DNA from: Octopus sinensis
Taxonomy: Eukaryota
Assembly (NCBI RefSeq): GCF_006345805.1
Contig: NC_042999.1
Span: 148,862,001 to 148,926,000, forward strand
Length of the DNA: 64,000 nucleotides
Reading direction: 5' to 3'
Position numbers and translations under genes: made by a program. The notes below the pieces were generated by a model, which ran no database searches, was not told the origin of the DNA, and worked only from the letters and a program-made list of their open reading frames with translations. Shown here piece by piece: positions 39,301 through 52,400 of the stretch (position 1 is the stretch's first letter; every line of letters starts with the position of its first letter).

Positions 39301-39447
39301 AGGCACAGGAGTGGCTGTGTGGTAAGAAGCTTGCTTCCCAACCACATGGTTCTGGGTTCAGTCCCACAAGTGTCTTCTATTATAACCTCGGGCCAACCAA
39401 AGCCTTGGGAGAGGATTTGGTTGACAGAAACTACAAGAAGCCCATTG

Positions 39448-39496
<49 letters not shown>

Positions 39497-42099
39497 ATGT
39501 GTGTGTGTGTATTTGTGTGTCTGTGTTTGTCCCCACACTATCACTTGACAACTGATGTTGGTGTGTTTATGTCCCCGTAACTTAGCAGTTCAGCCAAGCA
39601 GACTGATAGAATAAGTACTAAGCTTACAGAATAAGTCTTGGGGTCAATTTCTTCAACCAACACGCTTTAAGGCAGTGCTCCAGCATGGCCGCAGTCAAAT
39701 GACTGAAACCAGTAAAAGAATAAGCTTACATAGTCAACCAGTTCCATCCATCACCAATATTCCTATTCTGGTGTTGTTGAATGAAACCAATAAATATTTT
39801 GCTTGTTTTTTATTGATTTTTTTTCAATGATTTCTTTCCAGTTTGAAATGATGCTGGGTAAACTCAATCAAGATGGTATTCGTCTGGTAAGTTTATCAAA
39901 TTGCTTTTGTCATATAAATTTTTGTTAAGTGCTCTCTTATTTCTTTTCTTAACCCTTTAGCGTTCGCATTATTCTGCCAAAATTAATCCTTTTTTATCCA
40001 CATTGCCTTGAACTAATCAGGCATTATCTTGGAGCTATGAGATTTTGATGAGGTACCTGTTAATTTTTAAAATGATATTGTAGAGTTGGTGTGAGAGACC
40101 AGATCTGGCCAGTTTGAACATAAAACAGGCAGAATACTTTTGGCCGGATATGGCCGGTTTAAATGCTAAAGGGTTAAATAAATATTTGTTAATTATTGAT
40201 GTCATAAGAATTTATAAACATCAAAAGAATGTGAAATTAGTAATTTTTGGAACAGTGTCTTGAAGCAGATAAAGCTATAAATAAACAACATCTAAATATT
40301 AGGTTTAAAAAAAAACCCTTTGGGTGGAAAAGTCAAAGGCTGCCAATGAGACATAGACCCTACAGGCTGCCTTTTTCTCTCCAAAAAGGGTTTTTTAATC
40401 CAATATTTACATGCTGTAAAGTGGCTAACTGACAGAAACATTAGAACGATGGGCGAAATGCTTAGCAGTATTTCATCTGTCTTTACATTCTGAGTTCAAA
40501 CTCTGCCAAGGTTGACATACTAGGGTTGATCTAATCGACTGGCCTCCTCCCCAAAAATTTTGGGCTTAGTGCCTAGAGTAGAAAAGAATATTTACATGCT
40601 GTTATTTATAGCTTTATCAACTTCAAGCTATACTGTTCCAAAAAAAAGGAATAGTTATGTTTTCTTTTAATTAAATTTCATTCAAAATTTTAATGATTAA
40701 GTCAAGACTTTTCTCTTTTCTTTGTAGCCTGGAGCAATCGACAAATTTCAAGCTGACAGTGAAGACATCATAAAATTAGTGGCAAAAAGTACCCAGGATA
40801 AAGGTTTCTTTGAAGAAGCTGTTAAATTATATGACTTAGCACATGTAAGTTATTTCTACCTGAGTCTTTTAATTTCTCAATTCATTTGGAATCGTCTTAC
40901 AGTCTAAGATGATGGTGATGAGAACTTACACCTAAGTTAACATGTTCAAGAAGGTGAACAGAAAAGAGAGTGTGGTGACGGAAGAACCAGAAACCAGAAG
41001 GTTGGGGTTGCAAGTATGTGTATGTGTGTGTGTAAGAAGAGAGATGGGAGCGGGTGATGTATATAAATGGAAAAGGTGGTGATCAGATGTAAATAACTAA
41101 AATGGAAAATTGCCATTTTGTCAAAAATGTTTTGGGACCAGAATAAAATGAATTATAAAATTTGGGAGAATTTAGGCAGAGGTGTGGTTGTGTGGTTGAG
41201 AAGCTCATTTCCCAACCATGTGGTCTTGGGTTCAGTCCTACTGTCCAGCACCTTGGGCAAGTGTCTTCTGCTATTGTCCCAAGCTGATCAAACCCTTGTC
41301 AGTAGATTTCAGTGGATGGAAACTGAAAGAAGCCTGTTGTGTGTGTGTCTACTTGTATCTTCTTGTCTTGACATTGCATGATAGTTGTAAATGAGTGTTA
41401 CTGTCGTACAAGCAGTGTCAGTCATTTCTGATACAATATCTGTTTCAACACAAGATTTCACATCAAGAATCTTGCAAAACAAATTATATATATATAATAT
41501 ATGGATCTTTACCTTTTGTCCTACAGATTTAAAAAATTATTTTTTCTAACTAAACACTTTGAAACTTCAAACACTGGTAGAATGTATCATATAAAACATG
41601 TTTTACTCTTAGCATTTTTGAGAAAAACATATTTATGAAGATATTTCACCTTAAAGTTCTCGTATTTCGGTAATTTCACTCAATAAATGAAATGTATTCA
41701 GCTGAATAAAATTACTGCTGTTGTTTGTCAAAAAGGACTTCCGGCGGTGTATATTTCGTTTGTCACTGTTATTTATGACAACCCTAACCCTAAAACATTA
41801 AAACCAGTACAAACGCACGGACGATGTCATAAATAACAGTGACAAACAAAAAATACACTGCCGATAGTTGTTGACAAACAACGGCAGTAATTTTATTCAG
41901 CTGAATACATGTCATTGATTGGTTGAAATTACCGAAATACGACAACTTTAAGGTGAAATATCTTCGTAAATATAAGTTTTTCTCAAAAATGCTAAGAGTA
42001 AAACATGTTTTATATGACATATTCTACCAGTGTCCGAAGTTTGAAAGTGTTTAGTTACAAAAAATTATTTTTCAAATCTGTAGGTCTAAAGGTAAAGAT

Positions 42100-42138
<39 letters not shown>

Positions 42139-44768
42139 TACACACACACACACATGAGTTTTTTTTTCCAGTAGATGTCATTCTCTGTCATAAAGTATTT
42201 ATGAAATGCTTCAGATTATTGGTAAAAACTGTAAAGGATATTTTGACCTTAAACAATGAACAATATTTTTCCTCCTTTTCAAAATGACTTCTTGTTTATA
42301 GAGGCCAAGGAAACTGGAATTAATACCTTTCAGAATATAATTTTATTCTTACAAATTCTGAATCCAAATGATGCTTGTTTTAATTTTGTTACTTCTACTT
42401 GCATTGTTGAGAAAACCAATACCAGTTATATACCAGTGTTAATTAAATCAGCTCTATTTTGTCCTGTAAAATTTGAGTCTTGTGCTTTCTTGAAAGAGAT
42501 CATTATATTGAATTACCATTGCAAATTGTGAAATAATTATTTTTCAGTCACATGATCAAGTGATGATTTTATTAAACAAACTGCTGAGTGATGTTGTTTC
42601 CCAACCTAATTTACCACAGTCCAACCGAGAAAGACTCCGAGCTTTGGCATTAGACATTGCCCAACGGTAGGTATTAAAGCTTCTTTTAATGTTTTAGAAG
42701 ATCTCTTATTGTTTCATATTATGTAATATATCCATTTCCAAGTAGATTCTCTAGTCTTGTTGCAGACAGCTGCTCTAGCATCTGTGGCTCAATAAAATGT
42801 ACCCTGTCTATGTTGTAAAGTGTTGGCAATAGGAAGAGCATCTAACTGTTAATAAAAAGAAAGAAAAAGCTCTGCCAAAACATGACATACACTCAAAAAG
42901 CAGGTGGTGGTTTCTTATACTGCTCTGTGTGTGTGTGTGCTAGATGATGAAAGACCATGGCAAGGTGCAATGAGAACTTTGCAAGCAGTAAAATTAGAAG
43001 AGACAGAGGTAAGAAACTTTGTTTGTGAACTGGAGTTTGAAGACTGATCTCAAAATGCTGAGCTTTATGAAGGAAATGACAAAGGACAGAGATATGTGGT
43101 GTGTTGCTTATTCAAGAAGACCTGCTCATCACAACAGAATTGATATCTAAAAATCACAGTGGCACTTAAAAAAGCATTGGTGATGGTACCATGTAAAAAA
43201 TTCTGGTGCTGGTGTCACATAATAAGCACTGGAAATGGTACCGTATAAAAAGCACTGGTGATGGTGCCACATACAAAGCACTGGTGATGGTGCCACATAC
43301 AAAGCACTGGTGATGGTGCCACATAAAAAACACAAGTGATGGTGCCACATAAAAAGCACTAGTGATGGTGCCACATACAAAGCACTGGTGATGGTGCCAC
43401 ATAAAAAGCACCGTGATGGTGTCACGTAAAAAGCACTGGTGATGGTACCGCATAAAAAGCACCCTGTACATTAAAGTGGTTGGCTTTAGGAAGGGCATCT
43501 AGCTGCAGAAACCATGCCAAAGCAAACTGGAATCTAGTGCAATGCCTGGCCTTGCCAGCTCCTTTCAAGTCATCCAACCCATGCCAGCATTGAAAACAGA
43601 CATTAAAGATGATGATGGTGAGTGAAAGCTACTGAAGTAGAATTAGAAGAGATAGAGGAAAGAGACTGATTCTATAAGTCAGCGATTGGTGTGTGTGTGT
43701 GTGTTAGTGAGTGAAGGCCTTTATCAATCAAAAAGCTGTCTTTTAGCTGGTGTGTGTGTGTGTATCGGGCAACAGCAACAATCTTCAGTCTATGAGTACA
43801 GTACTTTAATCTTTTCTTAACATGGGCAGAAGTTTCATCATCATCATTTAGCGTCTGTTTTCCATGCTAGCATGGGTTGGACGGTTCAACTGGGGTCTGG
43901 GAAGCCAGAAGGCTTCATCAGGCCCAGTCAGATTTGGCAGTGTTTCTACGGCTGGATGCCCTTCCTAACGCCAACCACTTCGCGAGTGTAGTGGGTGCTT
44001 TTTACGTGCCACCCGCACAGGAGCCTGACTGAGCTGGCAAACGGCCACGAACGGATGGTGCTTTTATGTGCCACCGGCACGGGGGCCATGCGAGGCTGGC
44101 AACGGACACGAACGGATGGTGCTTTTACGTGTCACCGGCATGGGGGCCAGGCGAGGCTGGCAACGGGCACGAATGGATGGTGCTTTTACGTGTCATTTGT
44201 GCTTGCGTTTATCTGATTTAAAAAAAAAACATTTTTGCTATCAGTATTCGGTATCTATTTTTCCACACCAACCAGCAATGATGATTTCTATGCTTACCAC
44301 TTCACACGCACTCACATGCTTATGTGCATATATGAGTGTGTGGAAGAAGCAGGGTGGTAAACATTTTACAATTGGATGCTTTTTCTTAACCACTAACTTT
44401 CCTAACTATGGAGCAGAATCTGCTAAAGCAAGCAGTCTGAAGCACACATACAATTTCTTTAATTAGTCATGTGATTTCAACGAATCACTAATTTGTAACT
44501 CCCTTACTGAGAATTATTGACATCTGATTACAATGAACTTTATTAAATTAGATGATTAAGAAGTAGATTTATATTGATTTTTTTTTTTCCTATTTTGTTT
44601 TTCATTTTATTTTAACATTTTTAGCTGAGCTGTAAAAGTAATTGTAAATATTTATAAGTGAATTACAAAATTTGCAAAAAATTAGATTTTTATTAAATTA
44701 GTTTCTTCAATTCTAGTTTTTCAGGAAATGAAAAAAAAATTTTATTTATGAAAGTCTGCTCTCTATTA

Positions 44769-44826
<58 letters not shown>

Positions 44827-45556
44827 ATTTGATTTGTGTATGTGATAGAATTATAGACCATATTAAATAATGGTAAATTCTTGAGAATGGCTTTAAGAGC
44901 AACACATTATTTTGGATAAATATCGTGGCAGAATATTGAGTGATGATTGACTATAATTAATTTTATTAATTGTATGATTGAAAAGACTATTTTGATTTAC
45001 AAACTTTTTTTTTGAAATTATAAAGGTAATTTGAAATTACAAAAGCTGTGAAAAATTCAATTAGAAAAAATTTTTCACTTTGTTTTTTGTTTCTTCAATG
45101 AGTAGTCTTAGGTTACAGAATGGTTAAGGTTTGTTCCTTCCTATGGAAGTGGTGGCAGTTAGTGTATTGACTTTAAAAAATGTACAAGACATTTTAGTTG
45201 CAAATCTCTTGACTAAAATTTAAGATGTTAATGTTTCGAATAAAAGTTAGTTACAAGCAAAGCTGTGCAGTTAAGTCCACTTTGTAATCATATGGTTTCA
45301 GGTTCAATCTCACTGTACAGCATCTTGGGCAAGACTCTTCTGCTATAGCCCTGAGCCTTGTGGTGAATTTATTAGACAGAAATTGCAAAGAAGCTTGTCA
45401 CGTGTGTGTGTATGTGTCATCATCATTGTCCTCATCATAGATCTGCTTTCCATCCTGGCAGGGGTTGGATCAGAACTGGTGAGCTGCAAGGATGTGTTGA
45501 GTTCTAATCTCAGCTTCCATATTGTTTCTACTCTGGATGCACTTCTCAATGCCAAA

Positions 45557-45589
<33 letters not shown>

Positions 45590-46373
45590 GTGAAGGCGCA
45601 TGGCTCGGTGGTTAGAGCGTTGAGCTTACGATCGCGAGGTTGTGAGTTTGAATCCCGGACCGGGATGTGTGTTGTGTTCTTGAGCAAGACACTTTATTTT
45701 ACGTTGCTGCAGTTCGCTTGGCTGTAGAAATGAGTTGCGACGTCACAGGTGCCAAGCTGTATCAGCCTTCGCCTTTCCCTTGGATAACACTGGTGGCATG
45801 GAGAGGAGAGACCGGTATGCATGGGCGACTGCTGGTCTTCCATAAACAACCTTGCCCGGACTTGTGCCTGGAAGGGTAACTTCCTAGGTGCAATCCCATG
45901 GTCAGTCATGACTGAAGGGGGGTCTCAGCATATATATATTTCTGTCTTACAGTACTAAGTGATCCTGTCAGTGCAGGTGCCACTTAAAAGCACCCAGTTC
46001 ACACTGTAAAGTGGTTGGTATTAGGAAGGGCATCCAGCTGTAAAAATCTTGCCAAAACAGTCACAGAAACCTGGTGCAAGCTTCTGCCTGGCCAGCTCTT
46101 GTAAAACCATCCAACCCATGCAAGCATGAAAGATGGATGTTAAACGATAATGATGATGAACAAGAGGTTGCTGGTTTTAAGGGTATTGTGAAAGGCCTGG
46201 TTGGAGGTCCAACCTTCTGAGTTCTTTTACAGGGTTTAGAAAAACTGAAGGACCACTGCAATAAGTGTGTGAATCTGAGAGGTGAATTTGTTGAACAAAT
46301 TTGTAATTAACTGATCCTCCTGTATTTTCTTTTACCTAAAGCCAGGAATTTTTCAGCATCCCCCCACCTCTCA

Positions 46374-46405
<32 letters not shown>

Positions 46406-49400
46406 GTATGTTGTTTTTCTTTACAGATACCAGTCACTTGGACATAATGCAACAAGGGATAATACCAATACTTTCTTCCTCATGTTAGACTTGATGACCT
46501 TTTTTGACCAATATCACAGTGGTAACCTCTCTGGTGCCTTGGAGGTTTGTCTTTGCCTTAATCTCTCTTCTATGAACTGAAATGAAGTATCTTTCCATCT
46601 CTGTGCCTAAACAATCAAGCTTAATCCTTTTGTTATCATACTTCTATTGAAATATGTTACCTTTGATTCGATTAATTTTTAAAATAATGAAGAATTTATC
46701 ACAAAGATCATTGCAGACATTTGGATATGCTGCAAGAAGCTTGTTTCCCAACCACATGATTGTGGGTTCAGTTCCATTGCATGGCACCTTTGGCAAATGT
46801 CTTTTGCCATAGCTCTAGGCTAGCCAGAGCCTTGTGAGGGGGTTTGGTAGATGGAAACTTAAAGACTGTCTGGCACCTGTGCAGGTGGCACGTAAAAAGC
46901 ACCCACTACACTCACGGAGTGGTTGGCGTTAGGAAGGGCATCCAGCCGTAGAAACACTGCCAAATCTGACTGGGCCTGATGAAGCCTTCCGGCTTCACAG
47001 ACCCCAGTTGAACCGTCCAACCCATGCTAGCATGGAAAACGGACGCTAAATGATGATGATGATATAAGTAAATAAATGTACAGGGGAAGAATTCACAAAA
47101 AAAAACAAAGACAAAGACAGGTGGTGTAGACAACAAATAGATGTATTAGTATAACACTCGGGAAGTGAAAATGTCTTTAATGTTTCGTGACTATACTCTT
47201 CCAGAGAAAGGAACAAGGAGAGAAAATAAAGAATGTGTAGTGGCTAGCGATCTATCATGGCGAATGGATAAATAAATGTATATATGTGAGTGTGTGTGTG
47301 TTTGTGTCTCTTTGTCCTGTCATCACGTGATGGTTCACTATCATCTTTTCAAGTGTTGGGCCTCATGGAGGCGAGGTGGCTGAGTTCCTTTTGAACAGGC
47401 CTCATGGAGCCAAGGTGGCTGAGTTCCTTTCGAACATTGGGCCTCATGGAGGCGAAGTGGTTGAGCTTTCGAGTGTTGGGCCTCACTGAGACAATGACCA
47501 AGAGTTTTGTCGTATCTTGCTTGAAAAGAAGACCCATCAAGCTGAGCAAAATTGCAGTCGTGGCAGATGCTGGTGTCACACAAATTGGCACCTGTGTTGG
47601 TGGCATGTAAAGCCACCCCAGTGTCACGCAAATGGCACCCACGCCTGTGGCACATTACAAGCACCCATTACATTCTCGGAGTGGTTGGTGTTAGGAAGGG
47701 CATCCAGCCATAGAAAACCATGCCAAACCAGACTGGATCCTGGTGCAGCCTTCCAGCTTGCCGGCCCAGTCAAATTGTTCAGCCCATGCCAGCATGGACA
47801 ACAGACGTTAAATAATTTTGATGATGATACAAGCAGTGTCATTCATTTCCAATGTCTTGCATCTGGAAATATTACCTGCTTGGAGACAAGTCAGAGTTGG
47901 TAATAGGAAAGAGATCTGGCCATAGAAGATCTGCCTCTAAGCAAGCATGGTAAAAGTGGATGTCAAAATGATGATGACTTCATCATAGTTTAAGCTGGTG
48001 TTTAGAACCAAATTAATAAAGAAAGGATCCAGAAAGAAATTTTAATGGAAGGTTGCAATTTTGGACAATTTAAAAAAAAATCTATCTCGACTTTATATAT
48101 CTTTTTATATCTCTGTTAGAAGAACATTGGTGAATTAGTAGCTGTAATATACTGGAGCTATTTATTTGTTACCTAATCAAATTAATCTTTATCCTTCCAG
48201 GTGATTGGAAAATTGAAAGTTGTTCCGTTAGAAGTTGATTGTGTAAAAGACAGCATCACCAATTTCAATTATTTCTCAGATGAGGTAAAATATTCTTGTG
48301 AATCATTAAAAAGCAATCTGACATACGTTTGCCGTAGTTTTATTGTTATTTCAGTATCATTCTTTCTTTTTCATACAATACGTCATCTGTCTGACTCTCT
48401 TTCTAAATACCTGTTTATTTATTCTAGATTCGCAAATGTTTACCAGATATCCTATTAGCCACAATGCAAATCCTTAATGCCATTTACCGACAAACAAGGT
48501 GAGTTTGCATTTTTAATAACTGACCTTGTATTTGTATTTTGAGTTTTCTTTAGGAACAGGCATGGCTGTGCGGTAAGAAGCTTGTTTCCCAACCACGTGG
48601 TTCTGAGTTCAGTTCCTCTGTTTGACACTTGGGGTAAGTGTCTTCTACAGTAGCCCTTGGCCAACCAAAGTGGATTTGGGAGGTAGAAATTGTAAAAAAA
48701 ACCTGTCACACGTCTTCTTTTCCTGACATTGCATGATAGTTATAAAATGAATGTCACTGTCCTACAAACAGTGTCATTTCTTTCCAATCCTCTGCAAAAA
48801 CATGTCTGGCCATGAAGAAATGTACTTTGCTTGGAAATAGACGAGTCATCAGGCATAGAAAATATGCCTCAATAACCTCCATCCAACCCATACAAGCATG
48901 GGATTCTTCATGGAGACTAAAATTTGAAGTGGGGAAGAGAATTTCTTTATTACTGGTTTTAATGTAAACAATACAACCATCTTGTCACAAACGTTTATAA
49001 CATTATATCCAATTTTTATAAAAATATAACATTCAAAACCTTACGCAATAAATCACCAAGAATGATAAAAGATTTGCTACATGGGACACCATGAAGATTT
49101 CTGGATAAAAACAAAAATATCAGTGTATGAACTTTTTTTTTCAGCAAGTTGTGTTGAAACAAATTTTGTTATGTCTAGGGAAAGTCATTATGTCAATATT
49201 GATAGACTCTGGAAGACCTGGGATGAGGTAGTGAAGCATGACCTTTGAATGTTGGGTCTTACAGAAGCAATGACAAGAGACCGTGACCTTTGGAGACATG
49301 CTATGCTTGAGAAGACCTGGTAAGCCAAGTGAGACCGTAGCCATGGCCTATGCCAGTCCGACTGGACTGACTCCCATGCCGGTAGCTCATAAAAAGCAGC

Positions 49401-52400
49401 ATACAAGTGTGGTTGATGCCAATGCTGCCTGACTGGCCCCTGTGCCGGTGGCATGTAAAAAGCACCCACTATACTCTTGGAGTGGTTGGTGTTAGGAAGG
49501 GAATCCAGTTGTAGAAAGCTTGCCAGTCCTTAGTCAAACCATCCATGGAAAGCAGATGTTAAATGACAAAGGTGATGATGGTTCAGTTCTACTCCTTCAT
49601 TATTAGTTAATTGGTTAATTACCTATCCATTTAACCCATTAACATATAAATGAGTGAAATTGAACCACTGTGTGTGCTATTAATATTAGTATAATGACAT
49701 TCTCATGACACAAAATTTACTTACATGCATGAATTCACATAAAGAATTGTGCAAACCAAATGCAAAAAGGAAGTAAATCAGTGTCTGATGTTCTCCAGTT
49801 CATGTATTACATAATGATTTCACCCTTTGGCATTTAAACTAATTCTATGAAGCTCAAAAATACTATTGTTTCATGTTCAAACTGGTTGAACTTGGCCTCT
49901 TACACTTACACTACAGTGTCATTCTAAAAATACACAATCACATCATCAAAATCTCAAAGCTACCAGATAATGCATTTCAAAATATTTGTGGAAGATTGAT
50001 GATAAGCTTGTTGACTTATAGAGTAAAACAAAACATAAAAGATGACATTGTCTCGATTATTGTTGCAGTAAAGTACCAAATATGTGGATTAAGAGGATTT
50101 TTCCTGTTTTACTGCATTCCTAATTCCTTATTTGTAATTAAACCTGAATTTGAGTTTGAAAACCACATGGCTCCGGATTCAGTCCAACTGTGTGGCACTT
50201 TGGGTTACTGTCTTCTACTATAGCCTCGGGCTGACCAAAGCCTTGTGAGTGGATCTGGTAGATGGAAACTGAAAGAAGCCCATCACATATATATATGTAT
50301 GTCTGTGTTTGTACCCCCAACATTGTTTGACAACCTATGTTGGTGTGTTTATGTCCCTGTAACTTAGTGATTCGGCAAAAGAGACTGATAGAATAAGTAC
50401 ATAGCTTACAAAGAATAAGTCCTGGGGTCAATTTGCTCGGCTAAAGGCAGTGCTCCAGAATGGCTGCAGTCAAATGACTGAAACAAGTAAAAGAATAGTT
50501 TCATCATCATCATTGTTTAACGTCCGTTTTCAATGCTGGCATGGGTTGGACAGTTTGACTGGGGACTAGCAAGCCAGCAGGCTGCACCAAGCTCCAATCT
50601 GATCTGGCATTGTTTCTACAGCTGGATACCCTTCCTAATGCTAACCACTCTGAGAGTGTTGTGGGTGCTTTTTACGTGCTACAAGCACAGGAGCTAGTCA
50701 GGCGGCACTGGCATCGGCCACATTTGGATGGTGCTTTTTACGTGCTCCCGGCATAGGAGCCAGTTGGGGTGGAGTGGCTAGTATTGACCACGTTTGGATG
50801 GTGCTTTTAACGTGCCAACGGCATGGGATAATTTGTTTCTACTTCTTTCGTTAGGCTTTGTGTTGATGTTGATTTATGAAATCTGTCCTAACATTGTGAT
50901 TGACTTCAGTTTTCCATTTTCTTGATAATTTTTTTTTTATATTTCTACAGAAAGTCTTTTCCTCAAAGTCCAGGACCAATCAAAGCTATGGGAAGTGGTC
51001 AGGAAGCTGTAAGTATCTGTTAAGTAACCAGTATATGAAGAGTGTTTTTCTGGGTAGCTGTTTTAAATAGTATAATGCTGTGGCCAGAGATAATAGATAA
51101 ACCTGCTGTTTGATATAGGATAAGAGCAGAACAGGATTTCCTTCTATGTGACTAGTCATACTTGCAACTAAAGATGGAGGAAAAAAATGAATTTATTAGC
51201 ATTTGACAAACAAAGCCTTAAATAGTTGCTAAAGTATTAGGTTTGTCTCATTAACTTTACTTTTTCTTTTTTACATGAATTTAACACTAGGGTCTTATAT
51301 CTATGATGGAAATGATTCTATTTCTTGTGCTCTGAAAAATCTGTTTAATTATTTCTATAAGGTTATGTATATAAAAAAAACAAAACATTTAGCATGAAAT
51401 GTTTCTATTTTGTTCTTCACTCGTTTATTACTGTTCTTATTGTCACTCATGTCCATTGTCTGGAAATCTTTCATCACACATCTGTGACTTCTTCGTCTTT
51501 GTGTGTGCTCCTCATCCATTTACTCCATTCTCTGAATGAAGTAGAGCAAAAGCACACACGTAGACAAAAAGTGTCGCTGAGTGATGAAAGATTTCCGGAC
51601 GATGGACACAAGTTAGAATAAGAACAGTAATAAACAAGTTTCTGTTTTATTTTTCCTTTAAAGATCCAATGAAAAGCTTTGGGTTCTGAGAAACTAGTTT
51701 GTTTGCTTTGTTTTAGTAATTATTAATATTTTATGTAAGCAGGCTCATATTCTTCCAAATCCAACTTTGCTTTTATTTTATTTTATTTTAAACCTTATGT
51801 ATCTTGTCCATGTGACAACAATGGATATTGTGCAAAATAAAGTTTGAGTTCAATCCCTGTCTTAAGCACGGAAAATATGGTTCTTGGCAGTGAATAGTTC
51901 AAACTGAAAGATAGTGTTTTATAAAACAGAGAATATGAGGGTAATAGTCTGAAAACACTAATATATTTTGGTCTTGTCATTTTAAACTGAAAGGAGTGAA
52001 CAAAGTGCTCCCAAAAGCCAGAGGTGAAGTTTTTCCAGTGCTGGTGTCACTGTAAACACATATAGTCTGTTTTGCTTCCTTTATAAAGTTGAATCCAAGA
52101 TAAGGTGGAAAACTTCTTTGTTGTTGCTTTCACTGTAAACAACAAGACCACTCTTTCACAGAAAGACTATCTAGTTATAAAAATATCCACCCAAAACCAC
52201 ATTCAATACATCACAGAAGTGAGATATATGAAAAGATGCGGCCTCGGAAGACTGTAAATCTAGACACGTCAGTGCATAGGGTTCCCCACTTAACATTACA
52301 TAAAATTTTGGCTAAGACCTTCATTCAGAATAGGGCAGGTTTGGGCAGGGGTTTTTTTGGTTGTTGTTGAAGACTGGCAGTTACCCATGCATGCAAATCT

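Noticed and set aside
43165-43480. CRISPR-like regularly spaced repeats
   Set aside because: Units are contiguous without unique spacers; eukaryotic minisatellite
45595-45670. tRNA gene candidate
   Set aside because: Anticodon and acceptor stems do not pair and it continues into a SINE body; the same applies to 36385-36455 and 61610-61683
47170-47215. Hammerhead-like CTGGAAGA..GAAAC on -
   Set aside because: Extra G in the core and no stem III or NUH triplet can be formed
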